Positions 53,400 through 64,000 of a stretch of 64,000 bases of DNA are shown here, one piece after another. A program made the position numbers and the translations under genes. The number at the start of each line of letters is the position of its first letter. Position 1 is the stretch's first letter. The DNA is from Felis catus (taxonomy: Eukaryota). The notes beneath the pieces were generated by a model. It made no database searches, had not been told where the DNA came from, and saw only the letters and a program-made list of their open reading frames with translations. The stretch is from contig NC_058368.1 in NCBI RefSeq assembly GCF_018350175.1, forward strand, positions 40,612,001 to 40,676,000. Reading direction: 5' to 3'.

Positions 53400-53630
53400 G
53401 GGGTGCCTGAGTGGCTCAGTCAGTTAAGCGTCCAACTCTTGATTTTGGTTCAGGTTGTGTGTGATCTCACAATTCGTGGGTTTGAGCCTCAGGTTCAGCT
53501 CTGTGCTGACAGCATGGAGCCTGCTTTTGATTCTGTCTCCCCCATCTCTCTGTTCTTCCTCCAGTCACAGATGCATGTGCTTGTTCTCTCTCTCTATGTC
53601 TCAAAATAATGAAATAAACTTTTTTGAAAA
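53400..53630 (+). mobile_element. CanSINE
   Basis: ggggtgcctgagtggctcagtcagttaagcg head; flanks aaggaaact. Confidence 0.9.
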
Positions 53631-55362
53631 AGAGAAGGAAACTTAATAGCTGCTTTGGTTTAATCTGGGTACTTTGGACAAAAAATTAATGTCAGGAGAA
53701 TGGGGTTCTGTGTTTGTTGAAGACATTGTCATCTGTACATTTCCGTGGCCTGTATAATGGCTTATTTCATTTTTCCCCCTTTTATATCCCCTCTGATCAC
53801 ATGGATTAAAAGTAACAATATTGGACAGGAAGTAAATCCTTATATCCACTATGTTTTATAAAAATTCATAAATCTAAAATAATACAACAATGAGACATAA
53901 AACAAAAACAAAAACACAATGCAATCACCCTCTTTCCTAATGGCAACAGCCAAAGTTATTACAAGTTTACAAAATCGAATTTCAAATCCAGGCTCTTGAG
54001 GTGCTATTTAGAGCCAATTAGTCAGGTCTGGATGTAACTTGGGATTTAGCCATTTTTGTTTCAATAATATAATTAACCAGCACTGCTTTTTCAAAATGCA
54101 AAATATTCAGGGCTTGAGGAAAAAACAGGCTTACTAGCAATGAAAATGCATATTTTCAATGAGAGAAAGAGAAGAGTGTTAGCCATTAGCACTGTTCACC
54201 AAGGCACTTGATCCTTCCTGGCACATAGAAGGGTTACTACACTTCACTGTTATCTTCAAGTTAAGCGTGATGATGCTAACTGCTTTACCCATGAATTGTA
54301 ATTTGAAATTAGGTATGCAACTTCAAGACAAAAGTATTTTTTGTAACCAATGAGACATTCTTAGGTATGGTGACTGTGACAGAACATGTCTATATGGAGG
54401 TAAAAGGCTGAGCCATCAATTGGAAGAGTTGCTCAAATATACCATGAATTCTCCTTCTACTGTGAATAAGAAATGAACTTTGTTTAGTGAAGCCACTGAG
54501 ATTCCTAGGATGTCTTGTTTCTGCCCATAACCTAGCCTGAAAAATATAGGAAACAACATAGAGTTGTCACTAATTCCTGCCTCTTGTACAGGCTTAAGTA
54601 AAGTGAGCAAAAGCAAGTAAATTCTTTATCACTCAGCATGGGCAAATGTGGTTCTGCCTGATAGGATACCAGCACCAGAGGCTTCAGCACTTGAGGCTGC
54701 CTTGATGGTTGCATATTTATAACATGCTTTATGCCAGGGTTGGGATTTCTCTGACAATAAATTTCATTAGAATAATAGGCAAGTGTGTTTTTAATTTCTG
54801 GGCATAATATAAACGAGCACCCAAAAGCAGACATGTTTTTTTGTTCATGTTAAGTCATAGACTTGAATCTGAACAGTGGTTGTTTTTGTTTCTTTTAGAA
54901 GCAAGTCTCCAAACTTTGCCCAAAGCATGACCGCTTGGCTACTTCTAAGGCCTTGTTTAGATTTGATAAACTGAGCTACAGATGCATGACTAATCTGGAC
55001 TCTCCCTCAAGCTGCATTAATAGAAGATACATTAGCATAGATAGAACTGAGAGATGTAGAGGCGCATTACCAACTTCTAAGGCAACAGGAAATGCGACAG
55101 GAAGTACTTTAGTGGAGTGAAGAATTCAAGATTCTGCTATTTCAGGAAATTTTCAAGTGCTTATAAGGTCTTAAGTTCTTGTTCTTCCTGAATTTGAGCA
55201 TTGACTAGCTTGGGAAAGTTAACAACCTTTGAAATCGATCAAGGCAGGGGATCATCTGATAATCAGCAATTGTAGATACTGGCTGTAGATTTAAAAGACT
55301 AAAAAATACTGTGATGTTTCTTTTGTCTTTTTATACACTAGATTAGAGTTTAGTGAAATCTA

Positions 55363-55389
55363 CAAAACAAAACAAAACAAAACAAAACA
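55363..55389. repeat. (CAAAA)n
   Basis: Direct observation. Confidence 0.88.
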
Positions 55390-55897
55390 GTGAAATCCCT
55401 CCATGTTCCTAATAAATCCCTTAAATTGTTGTCTCTGTTGGCATGTGATCTTAGCTTCCACAAAGACATACACAATCATCAAAGATTCAATAGGAAAAGA
55501 CTGGGACTGTAGTGTCTCTTTCAGTGCAGCCCCTGAGCCTCAACCATTGTTGACATGTATACAGGCTCATTTTTTTAAGTTATCTAAATTTTGGAGGAGA
55601 TGTGGGAGATTTGGATTTCCTATGAATTCTGCAAATTTAAAAAAAATTCTAGTTGATTCAATTAGGACAAAACAAGTTTGCATGTCAAATTAAACATATC
55701 TTTAAGCCAAATATGATCCATGGACTACTAAATTGAAACTTCAGGGCTACCAGTAAATCCATTTAACTATTATGAATGAACCAATGAATGAATGAATGAG
55801 TTTCTTCACTAATTTGTCATAAAGAGAAAGGATGACAGGGGCTTATAATGACAGTGGCCAAGAGCACAGTTGGATTATCAAGATGCCTGGGGTTGCC

Positions 55898-56469
55898 TGA
55901 AGATAGCAGACTATGTCATTCCAAAATATGACTGTAGGAGTTTAGGACATGCCACCCCAAAATATGCTACTTTGATAATATGGTTAATTTTGAATTTTTC
56001 AAGTAGGCATTCAGAACATAGCAAATGCAATGAGAAGCTTTCTCCGAACTACCTTTATCTGCCTAAACACAGATCCTCCAACAGGACCTAAAATCCTCTC
56101 CCCAAAGTTTCTTCTACCAGGGAGACCTGCTCTTATTCTATGAGGGACTAGGAGTGACACCACAGCCAGACAAACTTTGTCACAAACTATTACAGCTCCC
56201 ATCCATTAGGCTAAAAGCCCATTCATCTTTCTTAGAAATAACTAGCTCTCCCCTAATAAGACTACATCCTCTCTCCTTTTTGTCTTATTAAGATGGCATT
56301 TAAGTCTGAATTCTCAGCCACCTCAGGGTTACTTACTTTTCCCTGGGTCCATATATACAGGAGGTAAACATTGTGGTAAACTTCTCTTTTTTTCTGTGGT
56401 TAACCTTTTACTAGAAAAATCTCAGCTAAGGACTAGAAGGGTAGAGGGAAAATTGTTTTCTCCCTTACA
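55898..56469 (+). mobile_element. MER34-like (ERV1) solo LTR inserted in a MIR
   Basis: Duplicated ccaaaatatg motif (catgccaccccaaaatatg); ends gggaaaattgttttctcccttaca; MIR halves on both sides. Confidence 0.7.
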
Positions 56470-56645
56470 TATAACTTATTAGATATCTGACTTTGGGCAA
56501 ATTATACGTAATTTCTGTAACCATTTCTCATCTGTTATATGGAAAAATGATTGTAACTCATAAAATTGTTAGAGAGGTTAGGTGATGGCATTTGTGTAAA
56601 AGTAAATAGTCCAGTTCTAGGCAAAGAGTTGCTCATTAAATTTAG
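56470..56645 (+). mobile_element. MIR remnant
   Basis: tgactttgggcaaattat...tttctcatctgttatatgg core. Confidence 0.6.
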
Positions 56646-59384
56646 TTATGTGGTAGATGGTAAAAATTGAAGATTTTCTGAAAGAAGAAAATTACTGAAT
56701 TCGGAAATGGAATTGTAGAAAAGTGAAAGATGATTGTAAGATGACCTTCACTTTTTAATTGTACCTCCACATTCTCCACCTATTCAGCTCAAATTTCACA
56801 CAAATATTTGTGTCAGTGTTAGCTTTATATATTGCCCTGAAAATAGAAACTGATCTTCAGGATATCTGGGCTTTGATATTTTCATTGTCTACCAAAAGTT
56901 TCTCCCTTTGTCACTATTCACTTGTTAAAAGATCTGTGACATTTACATTTTCATTCTCATTCATTGCATTTTTTTATCCTCTTTGTAGATGACTTAGAGA
57001 ATCTGATGATTACTAAGTATTAGTAAGGTATTCAGCTACAACAAAACTAAAAGAAACATAAGAGAAGGAACTGCTGGTAGTTAAGTATAGGTTTATCATT
57101 TCTTTGTGTATGTTCATATCCAGCTGTGTATTATATTCTTTGACTATATTTTTCTTTCATAGTATTAATTTGTATTAATTTCTTGTGCATATTGAACACC
57201 AACTTTGTGGACTTCCAACATTGCAAGTGAGCAATCTCAACTTTACAGGGGGCATGAGTGAGCTGTGTGTTGAATCTGAAATTCTGACTGCTCTATCAAA
57301 ATGAATTACTCATGCAAATTTTTTCTAAAGGCAATCTATTTGTTTTGAAATGACAGTATGAAAAATATCTGGAAGTTGAACACAAAAAGCTGCTGCATGT
57401 GAAGAAAAAATATCAAGTTAGAGAAAACAATTATAACCATTATTTTAAATTTATCTTCTTAATATGTAGTATCATATAACATCATTACTTATTTGCTGGG
57501 ACACAATTTTCTATAACTATTGCTACCTAAAATCAGAAACTACATTGGAATGTGCATTTTTAAAAAATATATCAAAGTATATATATGCAAGTGACTATTT
57601 TTCTCTCACATTGACGTAATTTGCATTTATCCTTACTCTGTGGTGAATTAGGATCTTAGTAATTACAAAATAAATAGCCATTTATGATGTTACTATACAA
57701 TTATTTTAAGATAAATGATAAACTGTATTTCCTATATTAGTTCATTAGATAAAACAGAATTTAATATTTTTCCTTATATCTCATTAAATATGGGACAGTG
57801 ATTTAGGAGACAGTGTTAATAGAACTTCCCGGCATTTTTCTATTTATAGTGTCTAATTGTGGGTTTAATTTAACATAATGCATCATTGCATTTGACAATT
57901 GACTACTAAGGGGAGCATTTAAGCATTTGCACTTTCAAAAGTTATTATAATTGGTGTCTAATGTTCCACATAAATACTGTGCTATACAAAACTACCTAAG
58001 ATTATGCATACAAGAAGAAGTAGGACATCGGTGTTTTGATATTGGTTCCCGTTTCCCTGCTAATGGGTAACACCTGAAAGGAAAAAAAAAAAAAGAACAA
58101 AAAATAAATAGGTTAGCTATTTTACAAAAGACCAACCAAATATCCTGGAAGCAATGATGAGACTCCAGACTCTTTCTACTTATGATCATTTATCTACATT
58201 TAAAGTGCCTGACATTATTCAATAGTTCTGTATTGTGACAAATTTCTCCCCCAATAGACTTAATTTCGATTATCCTTATGTGTCTGCAAAGCTCCTCACA
58301 TTGTTCCCTGTTATTGACTGTTGTATAGCCCAAACTTGCAGAATATTCTCTTACTCCAGGCCTAACTAACAAATCTATGTATAGATTTTTACACTTCACT
58401 CAAGCCTTTTAAATTCCAGAACACACTGAGATTTGTCTCTATCATTCACCCCCTACACTGATCTATTCAATCACGTTAGGTGAGGCATGATGGAGGACAC
58501 AATAGGCACCACAATAGTGAGTCAGAACAAGAATACAGTAACAACATTTGATGATAAATTCAGTCCTCCATATAATAGGCAGGCAAGTTTCTGATGTCCA
58601 GAAAAAAAGCTGATGCTCAGGTATCAGGAGGAACTAAGAATCAAAACAGGAAAAGCTTAAAGAAAACAAAACAGTTATAAAGCTGGAATATATCCAGGAA
58701 AGAAATTGAAGTTTAAGAATGAAGAAAAACCACACAAGTACCAGTACAAATGGGAACAAATCAAATCAACAAAGTATTTCTTTGGGCCACTGGATGTTTA
58801 AAAAGCTGTGTATTGTCTGCTGTCACTGCTTATGATACCAGAGCTGTCCATCCAGGTCAATACTAGTCAAAGAAATTTTTCTATTTTTTTCCCTTCCACT
58901 CATTAACAAGACATTTCATCGGAATAGATAGCAAGGTAAACATGCAATCCTTGGCAACACATTTTAAGTAATTTTTTATTAAGTACTTAAGCACTTAAAA
59001 ATGTAATTAATGTTACTAAGCAGTAAAAAGTTTCACTAAATGTACTTAATAATTTCACAAGTAAAAAAAGTAAGTAATGTTAAAGAGACTTTACATCATT
59101 TTTAATGTATCCCATCATCCGATTATATCCTATCTTGACATTTGCTAGAACTCTAATCAGATATTTTTCACTTTATCCCAGGCAAGGTGTTCTCATTCCT
59201 TTCTCCTGGCCTTTGCTCTAGCAAATGAGAATTCTCAGCTTCCCCTTCTCTTTTATTTTCAGCGCCTGTTTTCAGAATAGTTTACCCTTTGACTGTGAGT
59301 AGATTTCCAACACAATGATACTGTCTGTGTGCAGGTATATATGTTTGTGTGTAGGTGGGGCGGGGGGGGGGCGGATATTTTTAT

Positions 59385-59449
59385 TTCCTTCCTTCCTTCC
59401 TTCCTTCCTTCCTTCCTTCCTTCCTTCCTTCCTTCCTTCCTTCCTTCCT
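59385..59449. repeat. (TTCC)n microsatellite
   Basis: Perfect TTCC run. Confidence 0.96.
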
Positions 59450-59508
59450 GATTTCTGCAGAGACTCTTGATATTTATTTTATACTTCGGGTTAAAATCTA
59501 ACACTACC

Positions 59509-59700
59509 GGAGCACCTGGGTGGCTCAGTCAACCAACTGATTCTTGATTTCGACTCAGGTGATGATCTCATAGTTCATGAGTTTGAACCCCACTTTGGGC
59601 TCTGTACTGACACAGCCTGCTTGGGATTCTCTCTCTCTCCCTCTCTCTCTCTCTCAAAATAAATAAATAAGTGTTAAAAAAAAAAAGAAGAAGAAGAAGA
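59509..59700 (+). mobile_element. CanSINE
   Basis: gcacctgggtggctcagtc head, (CT)n body, A/(GAA)n tail. Confidence 0.88.
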
Positions 59701-60598
59701 CATGGATGGATAACAGGTATGCTTAATGCTACTGGGATATTGCTTCTAATGCCTCCTTAGCTGACAGACCAGGAAATATATGTGTGTATACTAACTCATG
59801 TAATTACACATATATAATTACTTTCCACTCAATGATCTGTATCTATATTAAGTCAGACACAGTTTATATAGATGTCTCGAAAACTCATCTATTACCACAT
59901 GGATCATTTTAGCATCCTCCTCCTTTGCTTATCTTTCATTCCAACAGGTGAGAACCCTGGCTCCTAGCGTTTGTTATATATATGTTTAATTGTTCATTTC
60001 TACTATACATGTATAGCAGTATCAAAACTGCTAACATGAATTAAATCCCTGTAAGGAGCAGTTTTATCAACTGGAATGCAGTGCTTGTGTATAGTTCATT
60101 TTGCTTTCACCTTACAGTCTCCACTTATTTCCAGTAGTACTTATAGAAGCTTTTCTCCCCCTTCAGTGAGAGTGTTTCACACATTTTTCATACAGGTAGA
60201 CTGTCTTGTCCCTGTCTGCATTCAATCCTGAGATGTCCTCCCTCTTAAATTATTTTTGAAATTTGCATACATAATATTCACTCTTTATGGTGTAAAGTTC
60301 TATGGTCATAGAAAACGCATAGTGTCATGTATCCAACATTACAGTAACTTTGGTAACAGTTTTACTACCCAAAAAATTCTCTGTGGTTTACCTTTTCAAC
60401 CTTCACCTCTCCCCCCCCACACACACACAACCCCATCCATTTCCCCTCTCTCCTGGAAACCACTAGTCTTTTTGCTATCTCAATAATTTTGTCTTTTCCA
60501 AATGTCATATAATTAGAATCATCCAGTATGTCATCTTTTCAAACTGGCTTCTTTCACTTAATATATGTTTAAAATTTGTCCCTACCTTTTTATGACTT

Positions 60599-60649
<51 letters not shown>

Positions 60650-61760
60650 AAATCATTGAATAATGCTGCAATGTATGGATTTACTACCATTTGTTTATTC
60701 ACCTATGGAAAGACATCTTGTTTTTTACCTTATCCACTAGTGCCCTAAACATATTAGTTGTAGTTACTTTAAATTCCTGGTTAGGTATTTCCAAAGCATA
60801 TTATATTTGACCCTGGTTCTGATGTTATTATCTCTTCTGAGTGTGTTTTTATTTGCTTGGTAACATGTCTAGTAATTTGTTGTTGACTGTCAGACATAAT
60901 ATTATGGGTACTAGAAACAGAGGTAAAAGACCTCTAATGTGAAGTTTCATGTTAATTTGACTAGAATTTGGATTGTGTTTAATTTTTGATGTAACTGTGA
61001 ATGCCAGAAGACCCAAATTCATTATTGCCCTTGCTTTTGGCTCTTCTGTTCTCTTGGAATTCCCTAAGAACTCCTCCTTAAATAGAGGAAGTGTCTTGCA
61101 GCTCTTTCAGCTGAAATCTTTTGTTATTATGCTTGAGATTTCTTCATATGGTGGTAATGTATTGAAATTCTTTATACTCTTATGATGAAACTTCAGTTTT
61201 TTAGGGCTATGTGTCTCTGGGCTGTTATCTTCACAAGCATTTCTTAGCTTCTTGCCTCTTCAGCCAGATAAGAAAGGGAAAACTAAAGTTTGGTAAATGC
61301 CCTTCCCTTGATGTAGAAGACTCTGGCAAATCATTTTCCTGTGGAGTGTAGCCTTTATTATAGGGAATGCTGTGGATGTATTATTAAATGGTTAATTCTC
61401 CCCTCCCTTGCCAGAGTCAAGTTGTTTTTTTTTTTTGACTCTTCACTGTAAGTCCATTGAGAAGTAAAACACTAGAAGTAAACCCCACAAAAGTGTGAGT
61501 TCCCCTAAGTCTATCTCACACTAGTATAAACCAGCCTCCAAAAATTGGCCAGAATTACCAATTACATGTTCTCACTCATGTACAGCTTCAGTGGCCACTG
61601 CTTCTGAGGAGCGGGTCTCAACTGTGCTTCTATGTATGTGCCTGTGTCTCAATTTTTGGATGATGGTTTGCTGTGCAACCTCAATTCTCTGATGAGTCCA
61701 AGAAAATTAATTGATTATTCAAAGTATTAATCTTTTTCTTAAAGGATAGTAGTGAGGAAT
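59700..61760 (-). mobile_element. Old L1 (L1MC/MD-type) fragments
   Basis: Characteristic 3' end (gctgacagaccaggaaatatatgtgtgtatactaac; ggcttctttcactta), then a 5'-type segment similar to 9910-10745. Confidence 0.6.
60601..60645. repeat. (TC)n microsatellite
   Basis: Perfect TC run. Confidence 0.96.
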
Positions 61761-61767
61761 CCAACCA

Positions 61768-61997
61768 TTTATTTATTAAAAAATTTTTTTTTTACATTTG
61801 TATGTTTTTGAGAGACAGAGAGAGACAGAGCATGAGCAGGGGAGGAGCAGAGAGAGAGGGGGACATAGAATCTGAAGCAGGCTCCAGGCTCTGAGCTGTC
61901 AGCACAGAGCCTGACACGGGGCTCGAACCCACAGGCCACGAGATCATGACCTAGGTCGAAGTTGGACACTTAACCAACTGAGCCATCCAGGCGCCCC
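61768..61997 (-). mobile_element. CanSINE (SINEC_Fc-type)
   Basis: Typical body ending ccaggcgcccc on the plus strand. Confidence 0.92.
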
Positions 61998-62114
61998 ACC
62001 AATAATTGTATATAGTAGAGCTGAAACTGGAATTTTAAACATATTATGTTTTAAAGATACAATGTGAAATTCAGAGACACTTTCTATCTACATTGCCTTT
62101 CCAGGGTGGTGTAC

Positions 62115-62520
62115 ATCAGGTAGAATAACCTAAATTATGCTCATTTAGACTGAACATGAAATAATTTTCAGAGATTGACAACAATAAAGATCTATTTCTT
62201 GCTCATGTTTTAGGTAAGTCAGTTGTGTCTTTAATTCTGTCATTCAAAACTCCAGATTAAAGAATAGCACCTCTCTGTGGCATGGTTTGTTTTGGTACAA
62301 GAAGGAAAAAAGAGATTGTGGGGTATGTTATCTTTAAAATATTCTGTTTTGAATTGTCCCAGGTCACTTTCATATTTCAGTAGTCTAAATAAGTTACATG
62401 AGCAAAGTTGTCAATAGTGAAGGAAAGGTCTCCCCGGCCCCCACAGCCACTACTGAGAAGCCACAAAGAATGGGTTTCTGAATATTCTGGACAAAAAGAA
62501 AAGCTAATGCAACTAGTGAT
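62115..62520. mobile_element. Ancient MaLR (MLT1-type) LTR remnant
   Basis: acaacaataaagatctatttcttgctcatg and downstream motifs resemble old MLT1 LTRs. Confidence 0.4.
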
Positions 62521-62667
62521 ATAGATGTTCACATGCCACAGATGAAACTGAACATCATTCCTTACAGCTGTGTCATATTTGAATATTTTAAAGTATCTTA
62601 ACTTTGTTGTAGTTGGTAGTTGAGTTTATGTTATTTCCTTTATCTTTTGGATCTAGCCCCCTCATCC

Positions 62668-62791
62668 TTTGCTTGCTTGCTTGCTTGCTTCCTTCTTTCC
62701 TTCCTTCTGTTGTCCCTCCCTCCCTCCTTCCCTTCCTTTCCCTTCCCTTTTCTTTTCTTTCCTGTTGTTTTCTTTTCTTCTTTCTTTTTTC
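62668..62791. repeat. (TTGC)n followed by a polypyrimidine low-complexity tract
   Basis: Direct observation. Confidence 0.88.
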
Positions 62792-64000
62792 TGTGATATT
62801 AGAAAATCTGGTCGACCACTGCCATTTATACAGGATACTTTTATTGTTTGCTATAGCCAAGAAACCACCTCATTTATTTTATATTTATATACTAAACTTG
62901 AATATTGGATGAAATACAGTTTTAGTGTTTATTTTCATTTTATGTTATATCTTATAGCTAATCCATATACATAGATATAAGGATGTATTGAACATTCAGA
63001 CATTTGTTATTTTTAATTTGGGCTGCATTTCTTATTTTCTATTCCCTCACCACTCATCTCCTCTAATTGCATATTGTGTTATTTGGGACAATAGAGATGA
63101 AAACAACCTTACAGAGTGCAGAGTACCTTTTATAACTTCAAAAGTGGAGCTATGCAAGGTGAGTTCCATGTATAGAATAAATACACTATTTATCAAAATA
63201 AAAAGCAAGAATGTAGCCAACAATTCCTTGGCCAGCCCATATGTCATGACATTCTAAAATGGGGCAAACCACATAGATGCATTACAAGCACAGAGGCTGT
63301 TATACAAATGCTTTTATACTTTGTATACAAGTTATATTAAGAAAAGTGCCCTCAGTCTTAATCAGCACTGTAGGAAACATTTTATTGCCTTTTACATGCT
63401 CTCTTTACAAAGTAGTGCTTGCTTAATTAACTCCACCCTTACGTAACCAAAGATTAGTTTACAAAACAATATTAAAAGAAATTCTAAAGGGAGCATTTGT
63501 TGAAATAAGTTGGCTAGCCATTACTGCAAGAACAGCTTTGTGCCTACTAATGATTGGATTTATAACTGATGTCTCCTACTTTTAATGTTACACTATATTT
63601 TCCTAAATGTTTCTCAGCACAGTAGCTAGATGCAAATAAAAAAAAAAGTTCTCCTACTTTCCATTTTCTTTGTAATTTACAAATGCAATAAAAGACTAGT
63701 TCATTAATGCAAAGGACAAATATGGGCAATACTTACAGCTATATACACTCATACACAAACAGAAACATGCAAATTATTATGGCAATAAATATAAAATATG
63801 GGAGAATGTATAAGGTACAAATTTCCCTTTTTAATAGAAAATCTGTGTACTGCATTTTAGTGCTCTAACTTGTCAAGGCCTCCCAACCAAATTCATGAAG
63901 AAAATAGAATAATATGGGAATAACAAGTAATAGTAATTCCAGTTAATATGTGCATCTTAATGCAAACCCATTCAAGGAAACGTATTAAATGAGGCAGTAT

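Noticed and set aside
1710..61969. Many 60-120 aa ORFs with PTLAQV/GACFRFCVSLSL-type peptides
   Set aside because: They are translations of CanSINE bodies.
1..64000. CRISPR-like arrays or prokaryote-type RT systems
   Set aside because: There is no regular repeat-spacer array; the only reverse transcriptase is a standard L1 ORF2 in mammalian DNA.

Overview
AT-rich, repeat-dense mammalian DNA from a felid, judged from many tRNA-derived CanSINE/SINEC_Fc copies. It looks intergenic or deep-intronic, and no host protein-coding gene is recognisable. The main feature is a young full-length LINE-1 on the minus strand (~18044-23959). It has perfect 16-bp target-site duplications, a CpG-rich 5'UTR with a terminal YY1 motif, an open 1274-aa ORF2, and an ORF1 broken by two apparent 1-bp deletions. 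It sits inside an older L1 of opposite orientation. The window also holds a 3'UTR-only H3F3A (H3.3A) processed pseudogene split by a MER21-like solo LTR, about 21 SINEs, several solo LTRs, DNA-transposon relics, L2/MIR relics and microsatellites. More speculative signals are an antisense ORF in the L1 5'UTR, a possible decayed hAT zinc-finger frame and one candidate exon. I found no convincing evidence of a new biological system. Subfamily names come from recalled consensus sequences, not from a database search.
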